The position numbers and the translations under genes are program-made. A stretch of 64,000 nt of DNA, from the NCBI GenBank assembly GCA_947501605.1, contig CANMWZ010000012.1, positions 1 through 64,000 of the forward strand, read 5' to 3'. Below are positions 49,320 through 58,467 of the stretch, piece after piece; the first letter of the stretch is position 1, and the number at the start of each line of letters is the position of its first letter. A model generated the notes under the pieces. That model had not been told where the DNA came from and made no database searches. It saw only the letters and a list, made by a program, of their open reading frames with translations. This stretch comes from Planctomycetota bacterium (lineage in GTDB: Bacteria; Planctomycetota; UBA1135; UBA2386).

Positions 49320-50390
49320 TCACCGCCGTCCACGACGGACCCGCGGAACCAACGATTGATCGATCGGCGTGCGCGACACCAGCACGCTGGTGACGCCGGC
49401 GGCGCGCGCGTGTGCGCATTGTGCGCCGACGTCCGCATCCACACTCCAGCCTTCGACCACTGCCAATAGCGACTCGCCAAGCAACTCGCGCGCATGCTGC
49501 TTCTTCTCGCGCGCGCGCAGGTGCTCGATCGCAAACTCGACCCAACCGGCGGTGCCACCAAAGCGCGGCAAGTCGCGACCGAACGCGCGATAGGCCAGCA
49601 GGAGCGCCACCTGCGGCGCGGCGGCACGGAGCGGGGCCCACTGCGCGTCGAACTCGCGCCAGCACGCACCGCCGTAGCAGCCGACGCCGTGGCAGGCGCC
49701 GTCCTTGACCGTGTCCGCCTCCTCGCACTCGGTGACCCATACCGGGATCACCAAGCTCTGCGGCACCATGGCCGCCACTTCGCACACAAAGCGCGCCGCC
49801 GCGTCGTTGCCGAGCGGAGTTGCACTGCGAAGGGGTACGCGACCGCCGAGCGTGTAGTCCGTAGCCCAGCGGCACAGCACGTTGCCGCAGCCGCACGCGG
49901 AGGGCGGGCCCTGCAAGTCGTTGAGAAACACGAAGTCTGCGGGCGGTAGCGCAGCGAGGCGCGCGGCGAGTCGATCTCGCTGCACGGCGAAGACCTCGGC
50001 ATAGGCAATCGGCACCCACGGCCAGGCCTGCACGACCTCGCCCACAGCCAACGCATGCGCCCCGTGCTGTTGTTGCCACTCCTCGTGGCCTTGCAAACTC
50101 GCGACCCACTCGGGGTGCGCATTGGCCAACGCTTCGTCGCGGCCAATCTCAAACCAATAGCCAAGCTGCAGGCCCTGGCTTCGCACCTGCTGCGCCGCCG
50201 CCAAGACTGCTTCGTCGGTGCTCTGTGCACCGACTACCAGCACCACCGTGTCGAGCGGAGCAGCAACGTCGACGAGCGCGCGCGACCAGACAGCGCCCGG
50301 CTCGATCAGCTCGCCGTACTTGAGCGCGCGCGGTTGCGGCGACACCAAGCACGCCGCGAGCAGCGTGGGGGCGAGCAGCAAGGTCCGCAC
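49320..50390 (-). CDS. Hypothetical exported Cys-rich protein, possibly a TIM barrel
   Basis: Lipoprotein-like LLAAC; SACGCGNVLCRW and ECEE...ACHGVGCYGGAC clusters. Confidence 0.65.
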   Translation of the reverse strand: MRTLLLAPTLLAACLVSPQPRALKYGELIEPGAVWSRALVDVAAPLDTVVLVVGAQSTDEAVLAAAQQVRSQGLQLGYWFEIGRDEALANAHPEWVASLQGHEEWQQQHGAHALAVGEVVQAWPWVPIAYAEVFAVQRDRLAARLAALPPADFVFLNDLQGPPSACGCGNVLCRWATDYTLGGRVPLRSATPLGNDAAARFVCEVAAMVPQSLVIPVWVTECEEADTVKDGACHGVGCYGGACWREFDAQWAPLRAAAPQVALLLAYRAFGRDLPRFGGTAGWVEFAIEHLRAREKKQHARELLGESLLAVVEGWSVDADVGAQCAHARAAGVTSVLVSRTPIDQSLVPRVRRGRR

Positions 50391-50392
50391 GA

Positions 50393-51373
50393 CTACTTCT
50401 TCGCCTCGTCCGTCGACGGCGGCTCAACGTGCACCGCGGTATCCGGATGCTCGGCGACCCAGGCAAACCACTTGCACTGCACGCTGTCGACCCAGGTCAA
50501 CTCCTCGCCGCGCAGCAATCCGTCGATGCCGCGCCCGGCGATCGACCAACGCGTGCTCGTGTTCTTGTCCTTGAAGGGCGCCGTCACAGGGGCGATGCCG
50601 TCGACGCCGAACTCCAGCTTGGCATCGCCCTTGACGGCGCGAAACGCCGTCGCTGCGCGGGCCGCGTCCTGCACGAACACCGCCACGCTGATGCCGCCGA
50701 CCTTGTCCTGCAACACTGCGCACGGCGGCAGCTCGCTCAAGGGGAACGCCATGCACTTGCCATTGACCAACACACCGAGCACCGGAGCCTCGGCCGGCAG
50801 GCGCGTGTCGATGGCTCCGCGCGTCGCCACGCTCGCGAGCTCCGGCTCTGTCGGCAACTCGACGACGGGGTAGCGCTTGCCGTCGAACAGGTCGTAGGCG
50901 GTGGATTCGGGGTGCAGCGAGAGCCAGTGGCCCCACGTAGTGGTCAGGCTTGGAATGCGCGGCAACTGCTCCCCGTTGCGCGGACCTGCGATACCGCGGC
51001 CCGTGAGCGCGGAGAACAGCGTTCCGTCCTCGTGCTTCACGACCATCACGCCGCGCCGCCATCCGTGGAATGAGTAGCCGTAGGCCTTCTCGTAGGCGGC
51101 GACGTAGCCGCCGTCCGGGTCGTAGAAGAACAGGCCGTAGGTATCGTTGACCACGCGTGGTCCGGCCAAGAAATGGCGCAGTGGCGCGGCCCCACCGTTG
51201 TGGCGAGCGCGGATCCAGGCGATCACTGGGTCGCCCGTCGACACGAAGCCCTTCTGGTGCTGCGTGATGACATACGAGCACGGCGGCTCGTTCAGGGCCG
51301 CGCAGGGTGGGCAAGCGGTGATCGCTTCTGGATCTTGCTGCAACAGCAGCGTGAGCATCAGGGTCGTTAGCAT
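50393..51373 (-). CDS. DUF3179 family exported protein
   Basis: TTWGHWLSLHPES, FKDKNTSTRWSIAGR.I.G.L.G.EL and KWFAWVAEHPDT. Confidence 0.8.
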   Translation of the reverse strand: MLTTLMLTLLLQQDPEAITACPPCAALNEPPCSYVITQHQKGFVSTGDPVIAWIRARHNGGAAPLRHFLAGPRVVNDTYGLFFYDPDGGYVAAYEKAYGYSFHGWRRGVMVVKHEDGTLFSALTGRGIAGPRNGEQLPRIPSLTTTWGHWLSLHPESTAYDLFDGKRYPVVELPTEPELASVATRGAIDTRLPAEAPVLGVLVNGKCMAFPLSELPPCAVLQDKVGGISVAVFVQDAARAATAFRAVKGDAKLEFGVDGIAPVTAPFKDKNTSTRWSIAGRGIDGLLRGEELTWVDSVQCKWFAWVAEHPDTAVHVEPPSTDEAKK

Positions 51374-51494
51374 GGTGCCTAGCAGATCCGACAAGCGTAG
51401 CGACGACCCAGCTCGGCGCAGCGTCGGCACCCGGCAGCGATCCGCGCTCGAGCACGGGCCGCCGCCGTGTCGAAGGGCTCTTGCAGCGCACCGA

Positions 51495-52394
51495 TCACAA
51501 CGGCTGGCTTCGGCCTGTCCGCCGTACCGTCGTACTCGCTGGCAATCCGCGCTGCCGCTGCGCAATCGCCAGCAGGGCCTCGTGCACCTCGTCGATCGTG
51601 CGGGCCAGGGTCGACGTGCCGGCCGTGAGGCCCACAACCGCGCGGCCATCGAACCATTGGTCGTCGAGTTCGCTCGCCCGCTCGATGTGCAATGCCGGCA
51701 CACCCTGTTCGGCCGCACTTGCAACCAACTGCTTCGTGTTGTTCGAGTTGTGACCGCCTACCACGACCAACGCATCAATCCTCGGCAACAGCGCTCGCAA
51801 CGCGTCGACTCGGGCCTTGGTCGGGCTGCAGATGGTGTCGGCGAAGTGCACCACGGCGTGCGGGTTTGCCGTGCGAATTGCGGCCAACAGCTGCTCGGCG
51901 ACATCGACTTGGGTGGTCGTCTGGCAGACGACCCCCAGGTGTGCATCCGGCCAAGTCGCGACATTGGCGGCCGTGGTGACGACGATTGCATCGGTCAAGT
52001 CTTCGATGATGCCGAGGACCTCGACGTGATCGCGCTTGCCGAGCACGACGACGCGGCAACCTTGCCGTTGCAGTTGCTGCGCCGCCGCGTGGGCCTTCTG
52101 CACGAGGGGGCACGTGGTGTCGATGAGTTGCTTGCCAGCGGCCTCGAGTCGCGTTCGCTCACGCTCACTGATGCCGTGCGCAGTGACCAGCACGACGGGC
52201 TTCTCGGGCACCTGGCGCTCACCCTCAGGCGACCTTGTGAAGCCGCGCCGGTCGAGGTCGCGCAAGACCTCGGGGTTGTGCACCAACTCGCCGTGGATGG
52301 TGACGGCCGTCGGAGCCGAAACCTGATCGAGTACGTGCAGGGCATCGCGCACGCCAAAGCACATGCCGAGTTCTTCGGCTCGCAGGATCTTCAT
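51495..52394 (-). CDS. ispH: 4-hydroxy-3-methylbut-2-enyl diphosphate reductase
   Basis: GMCFGV, LVHN, TAHG, DTTCPLV, HVEV, QTT, TIC, SNN and AGTST; SD GGAG. Confidence 0.94.
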   Translation of the reverse strand: MKILRAEELGMCFGVRDALHVLDQVSAPTAVTIHGELVHNPEVLRDLDRRGFTRSPEGERQVPEKPVVLVTAHGISERERTRLEAAGKQLIDTTCPLVQKAHAAAQQLQRQGCRVVVLGKRDHVEVLGIIEDLTDAIVVTTAANVATWPDAHLGVVCQTTTQVDVAEQLLAAIRTANPHAVVHFADTICSPTKARVDALRALLPRIDALVVVGGHNSNNTKQLVASAAEQGVPALHIERASELDDQWFDGRAVVGLTAGTSTLARTIDEVHEALLAIAQRQRGLPASTTVRRTGRSQPL

Positions 52395-52417
52395 CGCGTT
52401 CTCCATGGTCGGTATCT

Positions 52418-52434
52418 GCTTGGCATTGCAAAGT
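52418..52434. promoter_or_regulatory. Palindromic operator copy upstream of ispH
   Basis: Minus strand ACTTTGCAATGCCAAGC. Confidence 0.6.
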
Positions 52435-52477
52435 TTCACTCCGTGGTGCTGCAGGAGGTGAAGTGACAAGGTCGGCG

Positions 52478-52864
52478 TCACGCCGGCTGAAAGCCGTCGG
52501 GGTCGCTGCGCTTCTTTGCCCTGGACGACTTGGCCGCCTCATTGGCGTCGCTGACTACGGCACCGAGGACGGCGACGTAGTCGAGGAAGCGCTTGCGTCC
52601 GACATCGGTCAACCGGCAGAGCGTCTGCGGCCGCTTGCCTTTGAAGCCTTTCCAGATCTCGACCAGTGCAGCGTCTTGAAGCACGGTCAGATGGCGACTG
52701 AGGTTGCCGTCGGTGAGCTGGCACAGCTCCTTCAGATCCGTGAACAGCACGCCTTCGACGCGGGCCGCGAGTGAGGTCAGGATGCCGAGGCGGGCCTTTT
52801 CGTGGATGACGCGATCGAGTCCGTCGTAGGCGTAGCGGCCGGTCGATTGCTTCTTCTCGGTCAT
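52478..52864 (-). CDS. Winged-helix transcriptional regulator (HTH_34/MarR-ArsR-like)
   Basis: LDRVIHEKARLGILTSL...FTDLKE...TDGNLSRHL...LT..GR..F..Y. Confidence 0.9.
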   Translation of the reverse strand: MTEKKQSTGRYAYDGLDRVIHEKARLGILTSLAARVEGVLFTDLKELCQLTDGNLSRHLTVLQDAALVEIWKGFKGKRPQTLCRLTDVGRKRFLDYVAVLGAVVSDANEAAKSSRAKKRSDPDGFQPA

Positions 52865-53469
52865 GCGAGTTCTCCATCGCGCTCGAGCTGCCAGTAGAGG
52901 ATTGCGCTCAGCACGAGTTGCCCGAGGGTGAACGGAACGCCCATGGCCCACGGTTCGAGTGCTTGTTGGCCGAGCCACAAACACGAGGTGCCGCTGAGCA
53001 AAAAGAACGCGCCGACGACGAATCCAAGGCCCGGCAACAGGCGCCACGCCGCCAGGATGCCGAGACCGAACAGCATCTGCCACAGACCCGGCAACAACCA
53101 CAACTGGTCGCCCAGCCGAGTCGCCACAAAGGTCGTGAGGGCGGCGCCCGCGAACAGTGCCGGTGCGAACTGCTCCCACGCCAGCAGCGTCGTGGCGCTG
53201 GCCAAGGTGCCGCTGCTGCGGCGCACGCGGAAGGCCATCTCCATCGCTGCCGCCACCATCGAGGTGACCGCGCTGCCGACCCATAGGATCAGATATCGCA
53301 TCGGTTCGGCGGTTGGGTCAGCGATCCAACAACTCTGCGCGAGCGCAGCGATGAGGGCGAGGACCGCTGAAAACGCCACGGGCACGGCGCGCAAGCAGCG
53401 CAACCGTTCGGTGCGCGCGAGCTGGGACCGGATCACTGTCAGTTGGTCGATGGCGTCGCGAAGTTCCAC
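52861..53469 (-). CDS. Integral membrane protein translationally coupled to the wHTH regulator
   Basis: GTG start MELRDAIDQL; about 6 TM helices; ATGA overlap with the regulator. Confidence 0.8.
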   Translation of the reverse strand: MELRDAIDQLTVIRSQLARTERLRCLRAVPVAFSAVLALIAALAQSCWIADPTAEPMRYLILWVGSAVTSMVAAAMEMAFRVRRSSGTLASATTLLAWEQFAPALFAGAALTTFVATRLGDQLWLLPGLWQMLFGLGILAAWRLLPGLGFVVGAFFLLSGTSCLWLGQQALEPWAMGVPFTLGQLVLSAILYWQLERDGELA

Positions 53470-53485
53470 GGGCAAGAGCCTCCAG

Positions 53486-53525
53486 GCTTTGTGCAGCAAA
53501 GTAGATGGCCGTGCAATGGTGTCAA
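53486..53525 (-). promoter_or_regulatory. Sigma70 promoter with an overlapping palindromic operator
   Basis: TTGACA-N16-TACTTT; the -10 overlaps ACTTTGCTGCACAAAGC. Confidence 0.7.
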
Positions 53526-53741
53526 GTACCTGGATCGTCGCCAGCGGGCCGGCCCGCTGGGCTCTTGTCCATCGTGCGCCCGGCTGCGAGCTCAGCGTTG
53601 CGCTTCCGCCACTCCGCACTGCAACACCGACCAACGCGCACGGCCGGCGCCGCCCAGTTGGGGGTCGCGATTCGCCGTGTTTGCTCCTCCCCGATCCCGC
53701 GCGTTGCGTCCCCCCATTACGCTTCGTCGCTCGTGCTTCGC

Positions 53742-56700
53742 ATGCTCCGTCACCGCCAACGTCTGGTTCTCGCGCTCCTGCTTGCGCCATCACTCGCAGT
53801 CCAAGACCCTGCGGCGTCGATCCCGGTCCGGGTCACGGCAACGGTGGACCCCAGCTCGATCGCGGTCACCGGCAGTGCGCGCCTGCAGCTGCACTTCGTC
53901 GCCGAGGAAGCGCTCGATCGGCCACTCTCCGTACGCATCGAGCTGCGCCGCGGTGGCCGCTCCTTTCTGCGCCGCGACCACACGCCGCCCGTCGCCACCA
54001 AGCAGTGGACCAAGGGCAAACCCGTCGACTACGCGATCCCGTTGGTGTTCCGCACCCAGCCCGCCGGCGTGAAAGCAGGCGACACCGTCGAGGTATGCCT
54101 CGGGTTCTTCGATCCCGCCATCGACAAGGTCGTGCCGGGGCTCGCATCGTCCATCGGCAGCGACGGCATGGCAGCGGTGGCCAGCTTCGTGTTCCCCGAC
54201 TTGTCGGCAACACCCGATGCCGCGGCCGTCGACGCCGTGATCGCAGCCGCCACCGCACTCGCCGCGAGACAACCCCAGGACGCCTGGGATCAGCTCGAAT
54301 TCACCTTCCGGCGCATCGACGACTACCCGCTGAAGGACAAGCTGCAGAAGGCGCTCGCCGCGGTGGGCAAGATGCCGCCGGCGCCGCTTACGTTCGAAGA
54401 ACACGACATCGTGCAAGGCCGCATCCGTGAGGAACGCGCGCGCTACCTGCGCCAGGTCGCCGGTCGCATGCACGATCGCGGCAAGCTGCTCGGCGCCCTG
54501 TTGCTGCTCGACGACGTCGGCGGCGCGCTGCAAGAGGACGCCGACCGCGCCGTGCTCGGGGCGCTTGGCGACCAACAGCGCGTTTCTCAGGATCGCGACG
54601 GCATCGTCGCCAAGGTCTTCGCACTCGACGACGCGCAGGACCGCGAGCTCAAGCAGCTCGACGCCAACACCCCAAAGGGGCAAGCGCGCTTCGAGGTCGC
54701 GACGAAGATGGCGAAGGACCGCAGCAAGCGGGCCGTCGCCCGTGAGCTGATGCGCACGCTCGAGTTCACGCCGGAGCTGCGCCAAGAAGCCGAGGTCGCG
54801 CGGGCCGCGATCGAGAAGGCCTGGCTGGACGACGTCCCCGCCGAGGAGCGCGTCGAAGCCGAAGCCGCCATGAATCACCCATGCTGGGCGCGAACTGGGC
54901 AGCGCGTCTCCCATCGCTTCGTGCTGATCGGCCCGCAGCAACTCGTCGACGGCATCGTCGACGACAGCCTGCTGCGCTTCGACCTCGCCTACCTCTACCT
55001 CACCGATCTGTTCGGCCGCGTGCCCAACCCCGATGGCGATCGCGTCACCGTCTACTGGAAGGAACTGTGGGAGTTCGGCGGTGGCGTCGGTGGCGGCAAG
55101 ATCATCGACATCGGCAACGCGGATGCGACGCAGAAGGCGCTGCGCGTCGACAACGGCCTGCTCTACCACGAGCTGACCCACTGCATCGACGACACCGCAC
55201 CGGTCTACGGCGGGATGCACGAAGGACTCGCCGATTTCGGCGCCGCCGTCGCGATGACGGAACTCCATCAGGTTGCCGGCGGCCGCGCCGCCATGGGCTT
55301 GGCGGCACGCGCGTTCTTGCAGGACTACCTCGATCGCGATCTCGAGTACTGGCGCATCCCCAACTACGGGCCCAGCGCCGGCTTCTTCCTGCACTTCATC
55401 ACGACGTACGGCAAGAGCGGCGACGGCTACCGCTGGCAGTTGTATCGCAAGTTCTTCCGCGACTACCGCGCGTGCCCCATCAAGGACGCGCGCACGCCAA
55501 CGCTGGCTCGAGCTTTCGCGTTCCATCTCTGCGAAGCGTTCGGTGATCAGGCACTCGACGATCTCATTCGCTTCCGTTGGCCGCTGCTGCCGAGCGATCT
55601 CGCCGCAATTCGGCTCGAGCAGACAGCCGCCAAGAAGACCGCGCTCGGGCCGACTCTCGAAGACTCCCCCGGTTCGCCAGTGCCGCGCGATCGCATGGCC
55701 TCGCGCCTACAAGCGGAGCGCGCTGAGCTTGCGGACCACACCCAGGAGCTCGGCGTCGTTCGCGACTGGTGGATCATCGGCCCGTTTCGCAAGCAAGGTG
55801 TCGATCCCGACACCTTCCGCTTCCCACCAGAAGTCGAGGTCGACCTGAAGGCGCGCTACGAGAGCATCAATTCCAACCCCACCTGGCGGAAGCCCGGACC
55901 CAAGCCCGTGACGGTCGATGCGACCGGCTGGCTCGCGTTTGACTTTGCCTACATGGACGACAGCGCGATCTACGCGCTGACGCACGTCGCATCCGACAAG
56001 GAACAGGAGGTGTCGTTCCACCTGCGTGCCGACGACGACGTCACGCTGTTTGTCGACGACGAACTGATCGGCAAGCATGACCACGCCCGCGGCCCGCTCG
56101 GACCGTGGCGTCCTGACTGGCGCGTGCAGCTGCCGGACGCAGTCCGCTTTGCCGTCAAACTGAGGAAGGGCCGCAACAAGGTGCTCGTGAAGGTCAAGAA
56201 CACGTCCGGGCCATCGGGCCTGACCCTCGCCATCGCGCAGCGCAATGGTCTACCGCTGCCCGGTTGGAGCACAGACCTCGACGAACCGACCAAGCAGCTC
56301 GCGGCGGTCGAGTTGCCCGACGGCCAGAAGTGGCCATCTCGGTTTCGTGTGCGCTTTGACCAGACCGGAGCCCACCGAAAGCTGGACCCGACGGTCGGCA
56401 AGTGGCGCGTGCGCAATGGCGCGCTCGAGGGCTTCGCGACCGAACGCGAAGTCGAGTGGCGCAAGTACACCGTTCGCCCCGGCTTTCCCAAGGACTCGCC
56501 CTCCAACCTCGCTTGGCTTCCCGAGAAGGCAACCGAACAACTCGACGCTTTCCGTCTGGTTGTCGAGTTGCCGGCCGACAACGCCGCGCCGAAGGCCTGC
56601 GTCATCGTGCAGGGCGACGGCCAGCGCGATGCCCTGTGCGGTCTCACGCTGATCCTCGAGCCGCACGACGACAGGGTTCGTGCCTACATCGAACGCTACG

Positions 56701-56936
56701 ACTTGCGTATCCACATGTCAGACCTCGTGCCCTTCACCAAGGACGGCAAGAAGTCGGTGGAACTCGAACTCACGTATTGGGCCAAGCGACTGTCGGTAAA
56801 GCTCGGCGGTCAGGTGTTGTTCGACCAAGCACCGCTGCTCCCGATCCCGGGCAAGACACGGATCGGGATTGCGACGTGGGGAGAGCAACTGCGCGTCGAG
56901 TCCATCGAACTGCGCGGGCCCTCGCGCACCAAGTGA
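53742..56936 (+). CDS. Large secreted multidomain gluzincin-type metallopeptidase with PA14-like and lectin-like domains
   Basis: Signal peptide; YHELTH...HEGLADF; DWWIIGPF...RADDDVTLFVD...LRKGRNKVLVKV; C-terminal GKWRVRNG...GIAT beta-sandwich. Confidence 0.75.
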   Translation: MLRHRQRLVLALLLAPSLAVQDPAASIPVRVTATVDPSSIAVTGSARLQLHFVAEEALDRPLSVRIELRRGGRSFLRRDHTPPVATKQWTKGKPVDYAIPLVFRTQPAGVKAGDTVEVCLGFFDPAIDKVVPGLASSIGSDGMAAVASFVFPDLSATPDAAAVDAVIAAATALAARQPQDAWDQLEFTFRRIDDYPLKDKLQKALAAVGKMPPAPLTFEEHDIVQGRIREERARYLRQVAGRMHDRGKLLGALLLLDDVGGALQEDADRAVLGALGDQQRVSQDRDGIVAKVFALDDAQDRELKQLDANTPKGQARFEVATKMAKDRSKRAVARELMRTLEFTPELRQEAEVARAAIEKAWLDDVPAEERVEAEAAMNHPCWARTGQRVSHRFVLIGPQQLVDGIVDDSLLRFDLAYLYLTDLFGRVPNPDGDRVTVYWKELWEFGGGVGGGKIIDIGNADATQKALRVDNGLLYHELTHCIDDTAPVYGGMHEGLADFGAAVAMTELHQVAGGRAAMGLAARAFLQDYLDRDLEYWRIPNYGPSAGFFLHFITTYGKSGDGYRWQLYRKFFRDYRACPIKDARTPTLARAFAFHLCEAFGDQALDDLIRFRWPLLPSDLAAIRLEQTAAKKTALGPTLEDSPGSPVPRDRMASRLQAERAELADHTQELGVVRDWWIIGPFRKQGVDPDTFRFPPEVEVDLKARYESINSNPTWRKPGPKPVTVDATGWLAFDFAYMDDSAIYALTHVASDKEQEVSFHLRADDDVTLFVDDELIGKHDHARGPLGPWRPDWRVQLPDAVRFAVKLRKGRNKVLVKVKNTSGPSGLTLAIAQRNGLPLPGWSTDLDEPTKQLAAVELPDGQKWPSRFRVRFDQTGAHRKLDPTVGKWRVRNGALEGFATEREVEWRKYTVRPGFPKDSPSNLAWLPEKATEQLDAFRLVVELPADNAAPKACVIVQGDGQRDALCGLTLILEPHDDRVRAYIERYDLRIHMSDLVPFTKDGKKSVELELTYWAKRLSVKLGGQVLFDQAPLLPIPGKTRIGIATWGEQLRVESIELRGPSRTK

Positions 56937-57062
56937 CGAGAACTAGAGACCATGCAAGAGCTCGTCCGCGGTCAGAAGGATGCCGACTTCTTCGAGCACC
57001 ACAGCCATCGCCTTGCCAGCACCAGGTAGTTGCCGGTCGACGCCGCGCGAGAACTGCGCGCT

Positions 57063-58466
57063 TCACGACAGCACAGCACGCACGACGCGACCGTGCACGT
57101 CGGTGAGTCGAAACTCGCGACCCTCGTAACGAAACGTCAGCCGTTCGTGATCGAAGCCGAGCAAGTGCAGCAAGGTCGCGTTGAGGTCGTGCACGTGCAC
57201 CGGGTCGGCGACCACGTTGTAGCCCAGTTCATCGGTGGCTCCGACCTGAGCCCCCGCGCGCACGCCGCCGCCCGCAAGCCAGGTGACGAAACAGCGCGGA
57301 TGATGGTCGCGGCCGAAGCTACCGTCCTCGAGCTCGCCCTGGGCGTAGACCGTCCGACCGAACTCGCTGGTCCAGACCACCAGCGTGTCGTCGAGCATGC
57401 CGCGCTGGCGGAGGTCGATCAGCAGCGCCGCCGTCGCACGATCGATGTCCGCGCACTGCCGCGGCAGGTCCAAATCCAGGTTGCGGTGTTGATCCCAACC
57501 GCGATGGTAGATCTGGACGCAGCGCACGCCGCGCTCCAGCAGTCGCCGCGCCATCAGCGCATTGTTGGCAAACGTGCCCCGCGTCATCACCTCCTGGCCA
57601 TAGAGCGCACGAACGTGCTCCGGCTCGGACTCGAACGCGACGAGTTCTGGCACCGCCATCTGCATGCGGAACGCCAACTCCGCTTGCTGCTGCCGCGCCG
57701 CGATGCCGGGATCGAGATAGCGCTCGTGAGCTGCCGCGTTGAGTTCGGCCATCGCTGCGAGTTGCTGGCCGCGGTTCGCACGCGTGATGCCGGCTGGGTT
57801 CTGCAAGAACAGCACGGGATCGCCCTGACCGCGCAGCAACACCCCCTGGTGCTCTGCCGGCAGAAAGCCTGCGCCCCACAATCGGTGATAGAGCGGCTGA
57901 TCGACCTTGGGCCCGCTCCATGAGGAGTGCAGCACGACAAAGGCAGGCAAGTCGCGCGCCTCGCTGCCCATCGCCCACGCGAGCCACGCACCAAAGCTCG
58001 GGCGCCCCGACTGCTCTGAACCGGTCTGCAGCAGATTGATCGCCGGTTCGTGGTTGATGGCGTCGGTATGCATCGAACGCACGATCGCCAGTTCATCGAT
58101 GACTTGGGCCGTGAACGGCAGCAAGTCGCTGATCCACGCGCCGCACCGCCCCCGTTGCGCGAAGGCGCGCCGCGTGTTGACGATGCGAAGTCGCTTCTGA
58201 CTCGAGGTCATCGTCGTGATGCGTTGGCCTTGTCGCACCGAGTCCGGCAAGTCAGATCCGTGCCAGCGCGCCAGTTCTGGCTTGTGGTCAAACAGGTCGT
58301 GCTGCGAAGGTCCGCCCGACATGTGCAGGTAGATCACGCGGCGCGCGCGCGCGGCAAAGTGCGGCAATCGCCGTGGCTCATCGCCCAGTCCGAAGAATGC
58401 GGCGCCTGCCGTCGCGAACACGGACCTCGCCAAGAACGTCCTGCGGTCCGTTACGGGTGCGTCCAT
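57063..58466 (-). CDS. DUF1501 family protein (Tat-exported, sulfatase-like)
   Basis: RRTFL, MSGGPSQHDLFD.KP, INHEPA, GWDQH, SEFGRT and GRDHHP. Confidence 0.93.
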   Translation of the reverse strand: MDAPVTDRRTFLARSVFATAGAAFFGLGDEPRRLPHFAARARRVIYLHMSGGPSQHDLFDHKPELARWHGSDLPDSVRQGQRITTMTSSQKRLRIVNTRRAFAQRGRCGAWISDLLPFTAQVIDELAIVRSMHTDAINHEPAINLLQTGSEQSGRPSFGAWLAWAMGSEARDLPAFVVLHSSWSGPKVDQPLYHRLWGAGFLPAEHQGVLLRGQGDPVLFLQNPAGITRANRGQQLAAMAELNAAAHERYLDPGIAARQQQAELAFRMQMAVPELVAFESEPEHVRALYGQEVMTRGTFANNALMARRLLERGVRCVQIYHRGWDQHRNLDLDLPRQCADIDRATAALLIDLRQRGMLDDTLVVWTSEFGRTVYAQGELEDGSFGRDHHPRCFVTWLAGGGVRAGAQVGATDELGYNVVADPVHVHDLNATLLHLLGFDHERLTFRYEGREFRLTDVHGRVVRAVLS

Positions 58467-58467
58467 G

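Noticed and set aside
50393..51724. Selenocysteine readthrough or N-terminal extension of the DUF3179 gene
   Set aside because: No in-frame TGA is needed; the extension overlaps ispH and a signal-like start exists at 51373
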